Positions 1 to 13,400 of a stretch of 64,000 nucleotides of DNA are shown piece after piece. The stretch covers positions 1,800,001 to 1,864,000 of the forward strand of contig CM075992.1 of NCBI GenBank assembly GCA_038087875.1, given 5' to 3'. How positions within the stretch are numbered: position 1 is the stretch's first letter; each line of letters begins with the position of its first letter. The notes under the pieces are model-generated. The model made no database searches. It was not told the origin of the DNA and was given only the letters and a program-made list of their open reading frames with translations. The stretch is from Malacoraja senta. Its lineage: Eukaryota. The position numbers were made by a program, and so were the translations under genes.

Positions 1-1362
1 TCAAAGGTAGACACAAAATGCTGGAGTAACAGAGGAACAGGCAGCATCGCTGGAGAGAAGGAATGGGCGACTTTTCAGGTCGAGACTGAAGAAGGATCTT
101 TAACATTGCAACCCATTTGGCACACTGATCTACTGAATTACACTCCCAACCTTTTAAGTCTTCCCACAAAGCCTCTTCGAAAGGATCAAAACATGCTTTA
201 AATAGATATCCCCTATCTATATCTTGCTGTGATCTTCAAGCAACAATGACCTATCAATACAAAAAGGAACATGCTAGAAACACTCAAGGGTCTCCGACGT
301 GAGATGTTAATTGTTAATCTCCACGGATGCCGACATTCAATTCAGCCTGGTTTCATGAAAAGGACGGGGATATGGAGGATTCCATAACCATATTGACCCT
401 CTGCCCCATCTTGGAAGTGATTTGCTTTCTTCTGCTGGGACATGGCAATGCTGAGGAAATATAGTGGTTGATGGGGGAGGTTTCTCCCTCCATCATTACA
501 CTTTCTCTACAATGTAAAACCAGTTTCATTTCTTTATTTTCTGATTTCTTCATGCAATATTAGCATTATTTTCTCCATAAATGCTTTCTGATCCGCTAAA
601 TATTTGTTTTACTTGCAGGATACTGTAGGTTGCATCATTTTGTAAACTCTTGCTTGAACCGAACTGTGTTAGAATGCTGATCTCACACGGAATGACCCAG
701 ATATAATTCAACAAGCATTTTCAATGAAGTCAAATAGTCTCATCAATACCCTATGTAACTAAAGCATAACTCGTTTACTTTTTCTACAATACTAATGTTT
801 TTCTGCATACTAATGTTTTGCTAATCATTGAGGACATGCAGGTCTCTGTGCATTCTCCAGATAACATGCCTCGTTTTTATTTTCCCACTATACACTCCCC
901 ATTATCCAGATCTTTACCTGTTTAACTAACTCTGTCCCTTTGCAGTCTCCATATGTTCTTTTTACAGCTTACATTCCTACTCCTCTTTGTGTCATCAGCA
1001 CTTATACAAACTGTAAAAGTTCTCCCAGCACCAACTTGTGAAATCTTGCCAACTAGAAAAAGATGAATGAACACCCATTCTAGGTCTCTGTTAGCCAGCC
1101 AGTCTATCAGCACAATCATCCAGAGATCTTACTAGATGTGACAGAAACTATACCCATCAGGGTACTTATCCCCAAATCACCTCCTTTTCCTTTCATACAC
1201 AATCAATGTATTGGCTCGTCAGAGAAACTGCTTCATAATCAATATGTTTTGCTACGGGATCAGCTCAGCAACTACGTTAAGGTTACAGTTTGCAGAGGGA
1301 CTGTCATTATTGGTAGAAATAAATCTGACGGTGACAGCCAACTCATTTATTTCAGAGGATAC

Positions 1363-1455
1363 ACAGCTGTTATGGCCCAGTAAGCTATGCAGAATAACAG
1401 CAGGACGAATGTGATGAGTGGATAGAAAAGAGCTGACATTATGTATCCGATGGCT
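1363..1455 (-). CDS. slc44a2: slc44a2 exon 13 ([31 protein letters not shown])
   Basis: 93 nt, CAG acceptor, U12-type donor GTATCCTC. Confidence 0.95.
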
Positions 1456-4400
1456 CTGTGGGAAGAAAATAAAGAGAACATTAAAGTATGGAATAATTTT
1501 AAAACAACTCTCTTCCCCTTATATCCCTTAAAGCCACATTCCCTGCACCTGGGCCAAGGCTATGATCTACCACAAACGACATCTACCTCAAAATAATGCC
1601 AACAGCCCTTGAATGCTAGAAATTGCCAACCATTCAGGAAGCGACCAAGGAGAGAGAAAAATCGAAACTCGTTCTGGTCAATTACTTTCACAATCAGAAA
1701 TTGTTACAGAATAAACATGATTAAAGAAATAGAAAAAGAGAGCGGGGGTGGGGGGCAGAGACAAAAACAAAAGAGTATCTATCAAAGCATATGGATAGCG
1801 ACTAAGATTAAATGTTAAAAGGAATGATGGAGCAAAACAAAATACAGTATTAATAGACATCCAGAGATGAATCGAAAGACATCGTAAATGGGAATAGCAA
1901 GACTGTATCTGAAACTGTTGAATTGAATGTTGGTAGCAAATGGGCAGAAGGGAGCAGGAGGGTGGCTATGAATTAATTGACAAGCAATTTTGAAAGCATT
2001 CGAAGGTTTCAAAGGTCTTTTTTTGTCACGTGTACCAATTAAGGTACAGTGATGTGCAAATTACCTTACATCCATACTAAAAAAGCAACAAGACACACAA
2101 CTACATAAAAGTTAACATAAACACCCACTACAGTGGATTCCCCACATTCCTCACTGTGATGGAAGGCAATAAAGTCTAGTCTTCTTCCCTCATTTTTCTC
2201 CCGCGGTCAGGGCAGTCGAACCATCCGTCAGGGCGGTCGAAGCTCCTGCGGCTTGGAGTTCCCAAAGTCGATCTCTGACCAGAGACCACGAGCTCCACGA
2301 TGTTAAAATCCGCAGGCATAGTTGGGGCTCAGAGGTCGATCCCTGGCAAAGGGATCGCAAGCTCCGCGATGTTAAAGTTCGCAGGCTCCCGCAGTGGAGC
2401 TCTCGAAGTCAGTCTCCAGCAATAGCCGACAACTCCTCGATGTTAGGCCGCAGTGCGGACGGAGATAAGATACGGAAAGAAAAAAAAATCGCATTCCGTC
2501 GAGGTAAGAGACTAGAAAAAGGTTCCCCAATCCCCCACCCCCCACATAAAACAGCTAAAGAACACTAAAAACATACATTTAACACATACTAAAATAAAAA
2601 CAAAGAAGGAAGGGACAGACAGACTGTTGGCGAGGCAGCTGTGCTTCAGGGCTGAATAGAGGTGCTCTGAGAAGCATCACAACCTCTCCAATTTGTTCTC
2701 TTTAACATAGAGGAGACCATGCCATGTGCATTGAATAAACAACATCAACTGAAAGAGGCACTAATAAATTATTGCTACAAGTTGGAGAGCTGGAGAACTA
2801 GGGCTGTGTGAAGAGAGAATGGAGAAGTACAAAGGCAGACGTTAGATCTCTTGGGAAAAGGTGAGATACAGGAAATGATAGAGAACGGACCAAGTGTCAT
2901 GAGACACCTAACCACCTCTAGAGTCTACATTTACCTGGTTACCCACCCCCCCCCCCAAAAAAAATAATCCTGCTTCTCTGCCACTCTACCTCTGCTCTAC
3001 TCCATTTCCAGTGCCTCTACTGTCCCTTCGTACTACTCACTGAAGCCCACCTGCTACAACCACTCGGTCTTCTTCATCCATTGATCCATCCAAACCCCAT
3101 TCTCCACCTCTGTTGACCTCCTTTCATCTTGACCCACCTTCTCTGTAACTGGAATGAACTTACCTGCTGGCTTCCTTGATCAGGGCGATTGCAATAGCAA
3201 TTCGTTTCCGTAAGAATATTAACAAGAGAATGATGACAACTTCAACTATGATCTGGGTGATCACTGCAGCAGAAAAAGGCAGAAAATACTTATTCAGAGA
3301 ACTTAAAAGAACTTATGTTAAACTTAACATAATTCAGAACTACAAACACTCTTGAAAACTGCAAATGCCTCAAGATCTGGTTTTAATTATTTCTCATCCA
3401 GGAAATATTTTTGTATCACGTAAGCCTCCTCTGTTTAACAAGACCGATTATAACTCTCGTTTGGAAACAATATTCCTGGTTTAGGGAGGAGTAGAATGAA
3501 CAGCCAAAATATCAGTCTGTCTATGAACACAAGGGAGGTTGCCATAGCACAAATCCCCAGAGGTAAGAAAAAGAAAGCTTGCTTCTACAATTCGGCTCCA
3601 CTAAATATTTGTTAACGAAAATTGCATTTCAGTAAATGTGAACTATCTTTTGGATTAAAACAGAATTTGCAGGAGTTATGAGATTAAAGTCAACTGAATA
3701 TTTTAATCAAGACAATACCTACAACAAGCATTCTACAATCTTAAGGACAAAATTTAGGAAGACATGGTAAGATACACTTTACAATCGAGGCCTTTCAATG
3801 TTTCTCAACATTTGAGTGACGTGAGAAGTGAAACATTAATTAAGATACATTTGATGCACCAAATCTATAGATAAAACAATACATTTTATCACAATATTTC
3901 ATACAGTAATTCCAAGATTAACATTAAAATATTAAAATAAAAATGTTCCAGGCGTACACTGGCCCTATCCCCGAACTCTATCTCCGTTACATTGATGACT
4001 ACTACGGTGCTGCCTCCTGCACCCATGCAGAACTCATGGACTTCATCAACTTCACCACCAATTTTCATCCTGCACTCAAATTTATTTGGACCATCTCAAA
4101 CACCTCCCTCCCCTTTCTTGTTCTCACAGTCTCCATCACAGGAAATAGGCTATTGACTGACGTCTATTACAAACCCACTGACTCCCACAAATATCTTGAC
4201 TACACTTCTTCCCACCCTGCTTCCTGCAGACTATCCCCTACTCCCAATTCCTCCGTCTACGCCACATCTTAGGTATGTTACAAAACTTACCTTCAGTCGC
4301 GCTGTAATTCTGCCACTGGCCGTGTGCGCGATTTTGGCGCCTTTAAGGGGGGGGCGGGGTTAAAACGCGGTTTCTCCTTCCTTGTCCTGGAAATATTTTG

Positions 4401-7400
4401 TTGGAGTACAAAACTTCGCTGACAAAATCGTTCCTACCGGCGATTTGTGAATTTTTAAAAAAAATTAAATCGTCAATGTCAGCGCTACAGTAGTTTTAAA
4501 AGCAGCTCCTGAAGCGTCAACGCCAATAACGGGGACGGATTTCACACAATGGATAGGTAAACAAAAGTGCTTTCTTTAAATGTATAAAAGTGCTTCTTAA
4601 GAAGCCTTTAATTCACATTTTGTCATGCGACACGGTGATTTTATTCCCCGAATTAACGGCAGTATTTTTCATGCCAATACGGGGTTAAATTCACCGCAAA
4701 TTAACGTTCCAAATGATCGCGTTCCAGAAATTCTCACTCGCAAAATGAATTAAATCCCCATTAATTTACAGGTATTAAACATTCAATTCCTTCCATTTGG
4801 CCTGTAAATTCATGAAAATTAGATTTAAAAATTATGTTATATTGTGAATTATTGTGTGAATGTTATTTGGACACTTAGGCTATTTAAAAATGTTAATCTA
4901 TTCTTAAGAAAATGATAGATGTTTAGATCTAGTAATTGAATTTTGTAATTAGCTACAATTAGGTAACTAACTAATTATATGCTTTACTTTCATGTCTTCG
5001 AAGTAAGATTGTTTCATATTTGTTTCAGAATGCTTCAATCTATAATACCTGAAAATTTCTTTCAGTTACCATAATTTTTAAGAAAGTTATGGGCTTTTAA
5101 CTGTCCTCGATCACAGCTTTTGTGTTAAGTCAATGGAAAAGCAATAGGGAACAAGGTGCTAATTTCTGAGTATGATAATGGCCATAACTTTTTTAATACT
5201 GAAGATATGAAAGTGAATTAAGTGTCAAATTAAACTTCTTTTTATGCTTTATCTGATGGGATAAATTGCAGACTTTATTTTTTAAATCTCAAAATTTTGT
5301 AACATTGCTACACATCTGCGCCCAAGATGAGGTGTTCCATACTAGGATATCCGAGATGTCCTCATTCTTAAGGGGACTGGGGTTGCCCTCTCCCATCATA
5401 GTTGAGGCCCTCATTCGTGTCAGCTGCGGTAGCCCGCAGCTCCCCCCCCCCTGGTCGCAACAGAGACATACAACACATAATCCTACAAAATTTCTACCAC
5501 CTCCAACGGGATCCCACCACTAGCCACGTTTTGCCATCTCCACCGCTTTCCGCAGAGACCGTTCACTCCGCAACTCCTTGGTTAACTCATCCTTTCCCAC
5601 CCAAACCACCCCCTTCTGAGGTACCTCCCTCTGCAACCGCAGAAGATGCAGATTATATCTGTGCTATGTTAGGATCTTTTCAGAGAGGTTTGACATGCTT
5701 TTACCGGTTCCTCAATTGCGATTGATCGATGTTGATAATTGTGAACAGTGGCTCTGAACACTGACTGAAGAAATCTGCTGACATATAATAAGCTGATAAA
5801 GTCTCCAGATTTGCAGGGAGTGCTGAGGCGGTGAAATCTCAGTCAGAAGCAGTTGAAACTAGCAACGTACTGCAGTGAAACAATACTTACTGAATGCCAG
5901 CCAGGTCTGCCGGAGGTGTAGGTACACACGCAGGTCAGTCTGGAAACCCAGGTCTTTGATATTGATGTCAGAGCCTTGAACGCCTTTCAAACTTGCATAT
6001 TCCATGTAACAGTGATAAATCCCTACGAGAAGCAGATCATTAATTTATAGCTACTGTGACAGGCACTTGATCTAAACTGTTCAGAAACTGGTTTCCTTTC
6101 CCGATAGCTCTAATTTCCCACTTTCCTAACTTCCCACTGATCTTGCTCTCAGTCAGTTTCTGAAACACTTTTCATTGAAGTTCCAGCTGTCTTCTTCTTC
6201 TTGCGTATGGTGTGCACAGCCTAAAGTTGTAGGACAACTTGTATTATTTTATCTTATTTGATTGTGCACACCAGGTTGATTGCATTCGTCAATACAGGGT
6301 GGACCACGTGAAGGTTGCAATCTCTCACCCCAAAGCTCAGGCAGTGCATGCAGCTGAGTTACGAGAGACTTCACAGTCAAATCTCAGCACAATCTCAAAA
6401 CGTCACAAGTCAGTATTTCCTTCCTAAGTCTCATTTTCATAGCGGAGGGTACCAAACCAAACTCAACCTAGGCTATACCAGTCATCTAACCTGGTCTCAA
6501 AATTGTACTGTGGCCCATTGTTACTCCCCCAGGTCACACCGCCAGCAACTACCCTTCTCGTGTCCCACATCAGACGCCGTATCTCTGCCCCTGTCCACAT
6601 TGAGCCCCATCCATCGGTCCCACACTGAGTCTTTGATCTTAGCCAAGGAGATGGTCCTTCATTAAGTTAGGGTACTGCCTGATTCCCTCTATCCCATCGA
6701 GTACATTGGACTTTATCTATGAAACTGATGCACTGCAATGCTGAGAACTATATTCTGCACTCTGTATCTTCCCCTTTGCTCTATCTATTGTACTGGAGTT
6801 TGACTCGATTGCATTTTTCTATGGTATATCTATCGGATTGGATAGCCTGCAAAACAAAACTTTACACTGTTCCTCAATGCACATGTAAATAATAAACCTA
6901 AACTTAGAAGCCTGCTACATGTGTCTCAGAGAAGAGCAGGTTTTTCCCCGATGATCTTTGTAGAAGAATGGCAACTTTGACCTCGGGTCGGAACTGTTGA
7001 CGTACCATAGCTGAGGGCAGCAATGACCAGCAGGATGGATAGCCACACCATGGGTTTGGCAATGAAGCGCATCAACAGAACGAAGACTAGACTCAATACT
7101 AGTGCGAGGACCATACCACTATGGAAGAAAATAGCACTGAATCAGTCAACAACAGCTGGAACCTACACAGCACCCCAGATACAGTGCAGGAATACAACCA
7201 GACCCTAATGTAACACAAAGCCATGTTTGGAGATATTAGGAAAGGTGAATGGAGGATGGAAAAGGAGCTTTAGAGACTGGGAAAGGGTGCAAGAAGTACT
7301 AAAATGGAACAAGCGATAGTCATTTAATTACTTACATCAAAATCCAGTACCAAGACTTGGTGTAATCTTCAAATATCTTCATTACCACCTCTCTGGCATC

Positions 7401-10400
7401 ACGAACTTCATTTGCTCCCCTTTGAAATAAATAGTTCATCCAACATTAAACTTGCATTACAAACACATGGACAATGGGAAGGTAGAGGAAGTGGGCAATG
7501 TGGTGGCTGAGGTGGATGGGGAGAGACAAAAAGTGTCCTAAGGAAATGATGCTCAATGAAGAGGGATTCTGCCTATCCCAGAAACTCCCCGGCTACAAGT
7601 GGCACCCCAAATGTCCAGGTGTTGGGATATCTTAGCTCTGCACTAATGAAACATGGAACTCTACAGATCCGCAGATAAACACAACCCTACATGATCTAAT
7701 GGACAAAATTAATCTCGACCCAAAACATCACATGTTCCTTTTGTCCCGCTGAGTTACTCCAGCATTTTGTGTCTATCTTCGGTGTAAACTAGCATCTGCA
7801 GTTCCTTCCTTAACATTACCAATGTTGGCATCACAGTGTAATCCTTTTTCAAGTCTATAAACAAGGGGTGCCATCCACACCACTTCCCCTACCCCAAGCG
7901 TCACAATAAGTTGGATACTGGCTTTCATATGCGATGCTGGTCCAGGTCCAGCCTAATACGCAGACATATTTTCTCCTTCCCTCGGCCATGTTTAAAGGTT
8001 TGGAGCAGTTTCATAGCAGTTAAATTGGTAACGTACCCAATGCCAAATAAGCTGACATTGTGAACAAGGTAGGTGACATTACATGGTTTAATGTGTGCAC
8101 GCATTACAAGTAGTCCTCTCAGGAGAGCTATATGGCAGTGAAGAGACTGTTTCACCCTATACCTAACAGCTATAGTAGTAGAACAAAATCGTCTGCACTG
8201 CGGCCTAACATCGTGGAGTTGGCGACCTCTTGTTTGGGACTTCTAGAGCTCCAAAACTGTGAAGCCTGCGGACTTTAACATCACGGAGCAGGCGATCCCT
8301 TTGCCAGGGGTCGGCCTTTGGTGCTCCAACCTGCGGGGGCTGCAGACTTTAACATCGTGAAGCTCACGGTCCCTGGTTAGCGACCGATTTCGGGAGGTCC
8401 AAACCGCAGGAGTTCTACCGTCCCTATGCAGGAGCTTAGACCTCCCCGACGTGGGAGCTCGATCGCCGGCTGCGGATGGTTCGACTCCCCCAACCGCGGG
8501 AGGAAAGAAGGAAAGAAGATAAGGCTTTATTGCCTTCCATCACAGTGGGGAACGTGGAGGAGTCGCCATGGTGGATGTTTATGTTAATTTTTTATGTAGT
8601 TGTGTGTCTTGTTGCTTTTTTGGTATGACTGTATGGCAAACCAAATTCCTCATATGTTGCAAAACATACTTGGTTAATAAATTACGATTATGATCTTTAA
8701 TTATCTCGGGGCAATTATTTATTCAAACAAACAAGAATGTTGCAAGAGATGAAGAGTGGCCTACACAGCCAAATCTCTGGCGATTCAACCCATTTCCATC
8801 CTCGCAATGGATTGCAAGACCAGATTACATACTTAAATCTGAGGGTACAGTTTGAATCGCAGTCTTCTCTCATAGCTGGAAATGTACCATTACCGAGCTA
8901 AAGCAATATATGTGTGACTTTAAGCTACAGAATAGATGAACCGAATTTATACCTCTCACTGCCTTGGGAAGGCCAGCAGCTTAATAATGGACGAGTCGCA
9001 CCCTGGCCACTCCCTCTTCTCCCCTCAGGCAAAGGGTACAGAAGTGACAATACAAAGCCGTGTGGCACCATGAGTTATGAAGAATGAGTTACAGAAGTGT
9101 GAAAACGCACAGCGCCAGATTCAAACCTCCAGTTTCTTTCCGGCTGTTATCAGGCAACTGAACCATCCTACCACGACCAGAGAACAGTGCTGAACTACTA
9201 TCTACTATAGACCCTTGGACTATGCTTCATTGGACTTTGCTGGCTTTACCTTGCACTAAACATTATTCCCTTATCATGTATCTATACACTGCAAATGGCT
9301 CGATTGTAATCATGTGTTGTCTTTCTGCTGACTGGATAGCATGTAACAAAAGCTTTTCACTGTACCTCGGTACACATGACAATAAACTAACTAAACTAAA
9401 CTAAATTCACAGTTCATCTGACCTGGGAGAGTTCAATACTCACTGAAACATTTCCTGGTGTGGAAAGGTTCTCCCCAGCCCATCTCACTAGCGGGAGAGT
9501 CACAAACATGGAGATATAGCTACAAAACAAGTGGTCAATCATTTAAGACTGAGCTAAGTAGAAATTTCTCCGCCCTTAGAGGGTTACAAATCTCTTGAAT
9601 TCACTGATCTGATGTGGTGGAGGCTAGATCATTAGATGTATATACAGTGGCTTGCAAAAGTATTCATACCCCTTGAACTTTTCCACATTTTGTCACGTTA
9701 CAACCACAAACGTAAATGTATTTAATTGGGATTTTATATGATAGACCAACACAAAGTGGCGCATAATTGTGAAGTGGGAGGAAAATGACACATGGTTTTC
9801 AAATTTTTTTTACAAATAAAAAACTGAAAAGTGTGGCGTGCAAAAGTATTCAGCCCCCTTTACTCTGATACCCCTAAATAAAATCCAGTGCAACCAATTG
9901 CCTTCAGAAGTCACCTAATTAGTAAATAGTGTCCACTTGTGTGTAATCTAATCTCAGTATAAATCCATCATCCGAAAATGGAAAGAGTATGGCACAACTG
10001 AAAACCTACCAAGACATGGCTGTCCACCTAAACTGACAGGCCGGGCAAGGAGAGCATTGATCAGAGAAGCAGCCAAGAGGCCCATGGTAACTCTGGAGGA
10101 GCTGCAGAGATCCACAGCTCAGGTGGGAGAATCTGTCCACAGGACAACTATTAGTCGTGCACTCCACAAATTGGGCCTTTATGGAAGAGTGGCAAGAAGA
10201 AAGCCATTGTTGAAAAAAAGCCATAAGAAGTCCCGTTTGCAGTTTGCCACAAGCCATGTGGGGGACACAGCAAACATGTGGAGGAAGGTGCTCTGGTCAG
10301 ATGAGACCAAAATTGAAGTTTTTGGCTTAAATGCAAAACGCTATGTGTGGCGGAAGCATAACACTGCAACTACCACATCAAACTAACACATCACCCTGAA

Positions 10401-13400
10401 CACACCATCCCCACTGTGAAACATGGTGGTGGCAGCATCATGCTGTGGGGATGCTTTTCTTCAGCAGGGACAGGGAAGCTGGTCAGAGTTGATGGGAAGA
10501 TGGATGGAGCCAAATACAGGGCAATCTTGGAAGAAAACCTGTTAGTCTGCAAAAGACTTGAGACTGGGGCGGAGGTTCACCTTCCAGCAGGACAACGGCC
10601 CTAAACATACAGCCAGAGCAACAATGGAATGGTTTAGACCAAAGCATATTCATGTGTTAGAATGGCCCAGTCAAAGTCCAGACCTAAATCCAATTGAGAA
10701 TCTCTGGCAAGACTTGAAAATTGCTGTTCACAGACGCTCTCCATCCAATCTGACTGAGCTTGAGCTATTTTGCAAAGAAGAATGGGCAAAAATTTCAGTC
10801 TCTAGATGTGCAAAGCTGGTAGAGACATACCCCAAAAGACTTGCAGCTGTAATTGCAGCGAAAGGTGGTTCTACAAAATATTGACTCAGGGGGGCTGAAT
10901 ACTTTTGCACGCGACACTTTTCAGTTTTTTATTTGTAAAAAAATTTGAAAACCATGTATCATTTTCCTTCCACTTCACAATTATGCACCACTTTGTGTTG
11001 GTCTATCACATAAAATCCCAATAAAATACATTTACGTTTGTGGTTGTAACGTGACAAAATGTGGAAAAGTTCAAGGGGTATGAGAACTTTTGCAAGCCAC
11101 TGTACTGTGGTGAAGGATAAATATTTGAAAGATCAAGAAATTGAAGGTTATTGGGAAGTGGCACAGAAGAGGAGTTGCATCCAGCATAGATCAGCCATAA
11201 TCATATTGAATGGTGGGGCAGGCTTAAGGGGCTTGGTGGTCGACTCCTGCTCCTATTTTCTTGCGTTCTCTCACCTCTGGTTCTAACATTTCCCCAGAAC
11301 CATAAAATTCAAATCATCAGAACAAGAAAAAAAGTTTACGAACTTGGCTCCTTCCAGCAGCTGCGTGGCATTCACAAGACTTCCATCGAGATTAAAATTG
11401 GTTTTGTTGTCAAGCATAATCACACCCTTATTGGTTTCTAGGGCAGGGAAGCACCTCTGAGAAACTGCACAAAACAAGAGGTTGAAGTAAATTTTGGAAG
11501 ATTAAAAATCATGATGATCTAATTTGCAGCACCAGCACCAAGAATTCATTCAATCCAATCTGTGCTCTCATTTTAGACTTTTGTGATCAGGTTAAAATAA
11601 AATTTAAGGAACGGATAAGGTAAACCCTTGAAGCTGCAGAATCAAACTACAACATACTTACATGGCTTGCTGGGAGTTAGAAAGGTAGGACAGTCTTGAT
11701 CCCGTAGTATTTCTACAGGGGACTGAAAGGCAAAGAGTGAGCAGAGTTTAATATGGTTGATAGTGTGATATGTATCATGCAATGTTGTATTTTCCTCATG
11801 AGGTACATGGACGGCACGGTGGCGCAGCGGCAGAGTTGCTGCCTGATAGCACTTTCAGCGCCAGAGACCCGAGTTTGATCCCGACTACTGGTGCTGTCTG
11901 TATGAAGTTTGTACGTTCTCCCCGTGACCTGCGTGGGTTTTCTCCGAGATTTTCGGTTTCTTCCCGCACTCCAAAGACGTAAAGGTTTGTAGGTTAATTG
12001 GCTTTATATAAATGTAAATTGTTCAAGAAGGAACTGCAGATGCTGGAAAATCGAAGGTAGACAAAAATGCTGGAGAAACTCAGCAGGTGCGGCAGAATCT
12101 ATGAAGCAAAGGAAATAGGCAACGTTTCGGGCCGAAACCCTTGTTCAGACTGATGCAGGTTTTGGGGGGGGGGGGGGGGGCGGGAAGAATGTAAATTGTC
12201 CCTGGTGTGTGTGGGATAGTGTTAATATGTGGGGATCATCGCAGGTCGGTGCGGACTCGTTGGGCTGCAGGGCCTGTTTCGGCACTGTATCTCTAAACTA
12301 AACATCATTCATTTTTAAACTCATGCTCACCAAACCTATTTCTGGCTTGAAATGATACATGAATCCACAGAATGAATATGGAACATGGCAGGCTGGGGGG
12401 AAATCATCGCTGCACTTATCCCATCTCAAAATAGCCTCCTGAAGAAGGAGGCTTTCTTGAGTTTCTTTCTGACTCACTGAATAGTCGTCTGTCCAGAGTG
12501 ACATTGACCCAGACAGACGAACAGGTCTGTGGACCCAACCCCTATACAACCATTAACTGTGGAAAAAAGGGAATCGGCCAGAATGCGTGCGTGTGTGTGT
12601 GTGTGTGTGTGAATTGCAGACAATTGCAGCTTTGCCATCCTCTACAACTCTGATTCTTCTGTCACTCATTGTCCAGATTCTTAGAAAATATAATGGCCCA
12701 TTAAGAAACACCCTAGACAGTACAAAGAAGCTGTACTCTGCAGAGGCTCAGCACCTCCAGGATGAAGGAGAGAATTCATGAAGTCAGTAGCTTCAGGAAG
12801 GGTTGGGGTGTCGTTCTGATAGCACCCAATAAAATTTAATGCCTGCAGGTGATTAAGAAAATAAATCTTCACAAAAACACAAGGACAGGTTAGAAGAATG
12901 CAACTCACTTTGTCAGAATCATTAAAGCCTGGTTTACAGTACTGGATGTAATTCTTCCATTTCTCTGGTTCCCATTTTCGGAGCTGGTGTGCAGTGATGA
13001 AGCTTGCAAATCGGTCTGGGCATTTTTTAACGCATATCTGCAAAAAACAAAGTTATTTAGATCTGCCACGGACAGGGTAATAATCCAGATATTTTGCAAA
13101 ACATGTCCGCAGTTTCAACACATTTGAACTTTACAGATTAGTTTATTGTTATATGCATCAGGGTGTAATGAAATTCCTTGTTTACATGAAGCTCGGAGTA
13201 CATGATAATGATAGAACAATAAAAAACAATGACAAATGTGAAACAGCAGAAAGGCATAAAGATTGTAGTGCAATCCTGACTTTGGGAGCTGTCTGCATGG
13301 AGTTTGCATGTTCTCCCCATGACTACGTGGGTTTCCTCTGGGTGTTCTGGTTTCCCCCCCTATCCCAAAGACGTGCGGATTTGATTGCTAATTGGCCACT

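Noticed and set aside
11809..11890. tRNA genes
   Set aside because: tRNA-derived SINE heads attached to the V core and tail, not full cloverleafs.
12384..12440. Possible duplicate of slc44a2 exon 7 (ends CCCAGCCTGCCAT|gt)
   Set aside because: Similarity is limited to about 13 nt, with wrong length and frame and a weak donor; the true exon 7 is at 11662-11722.
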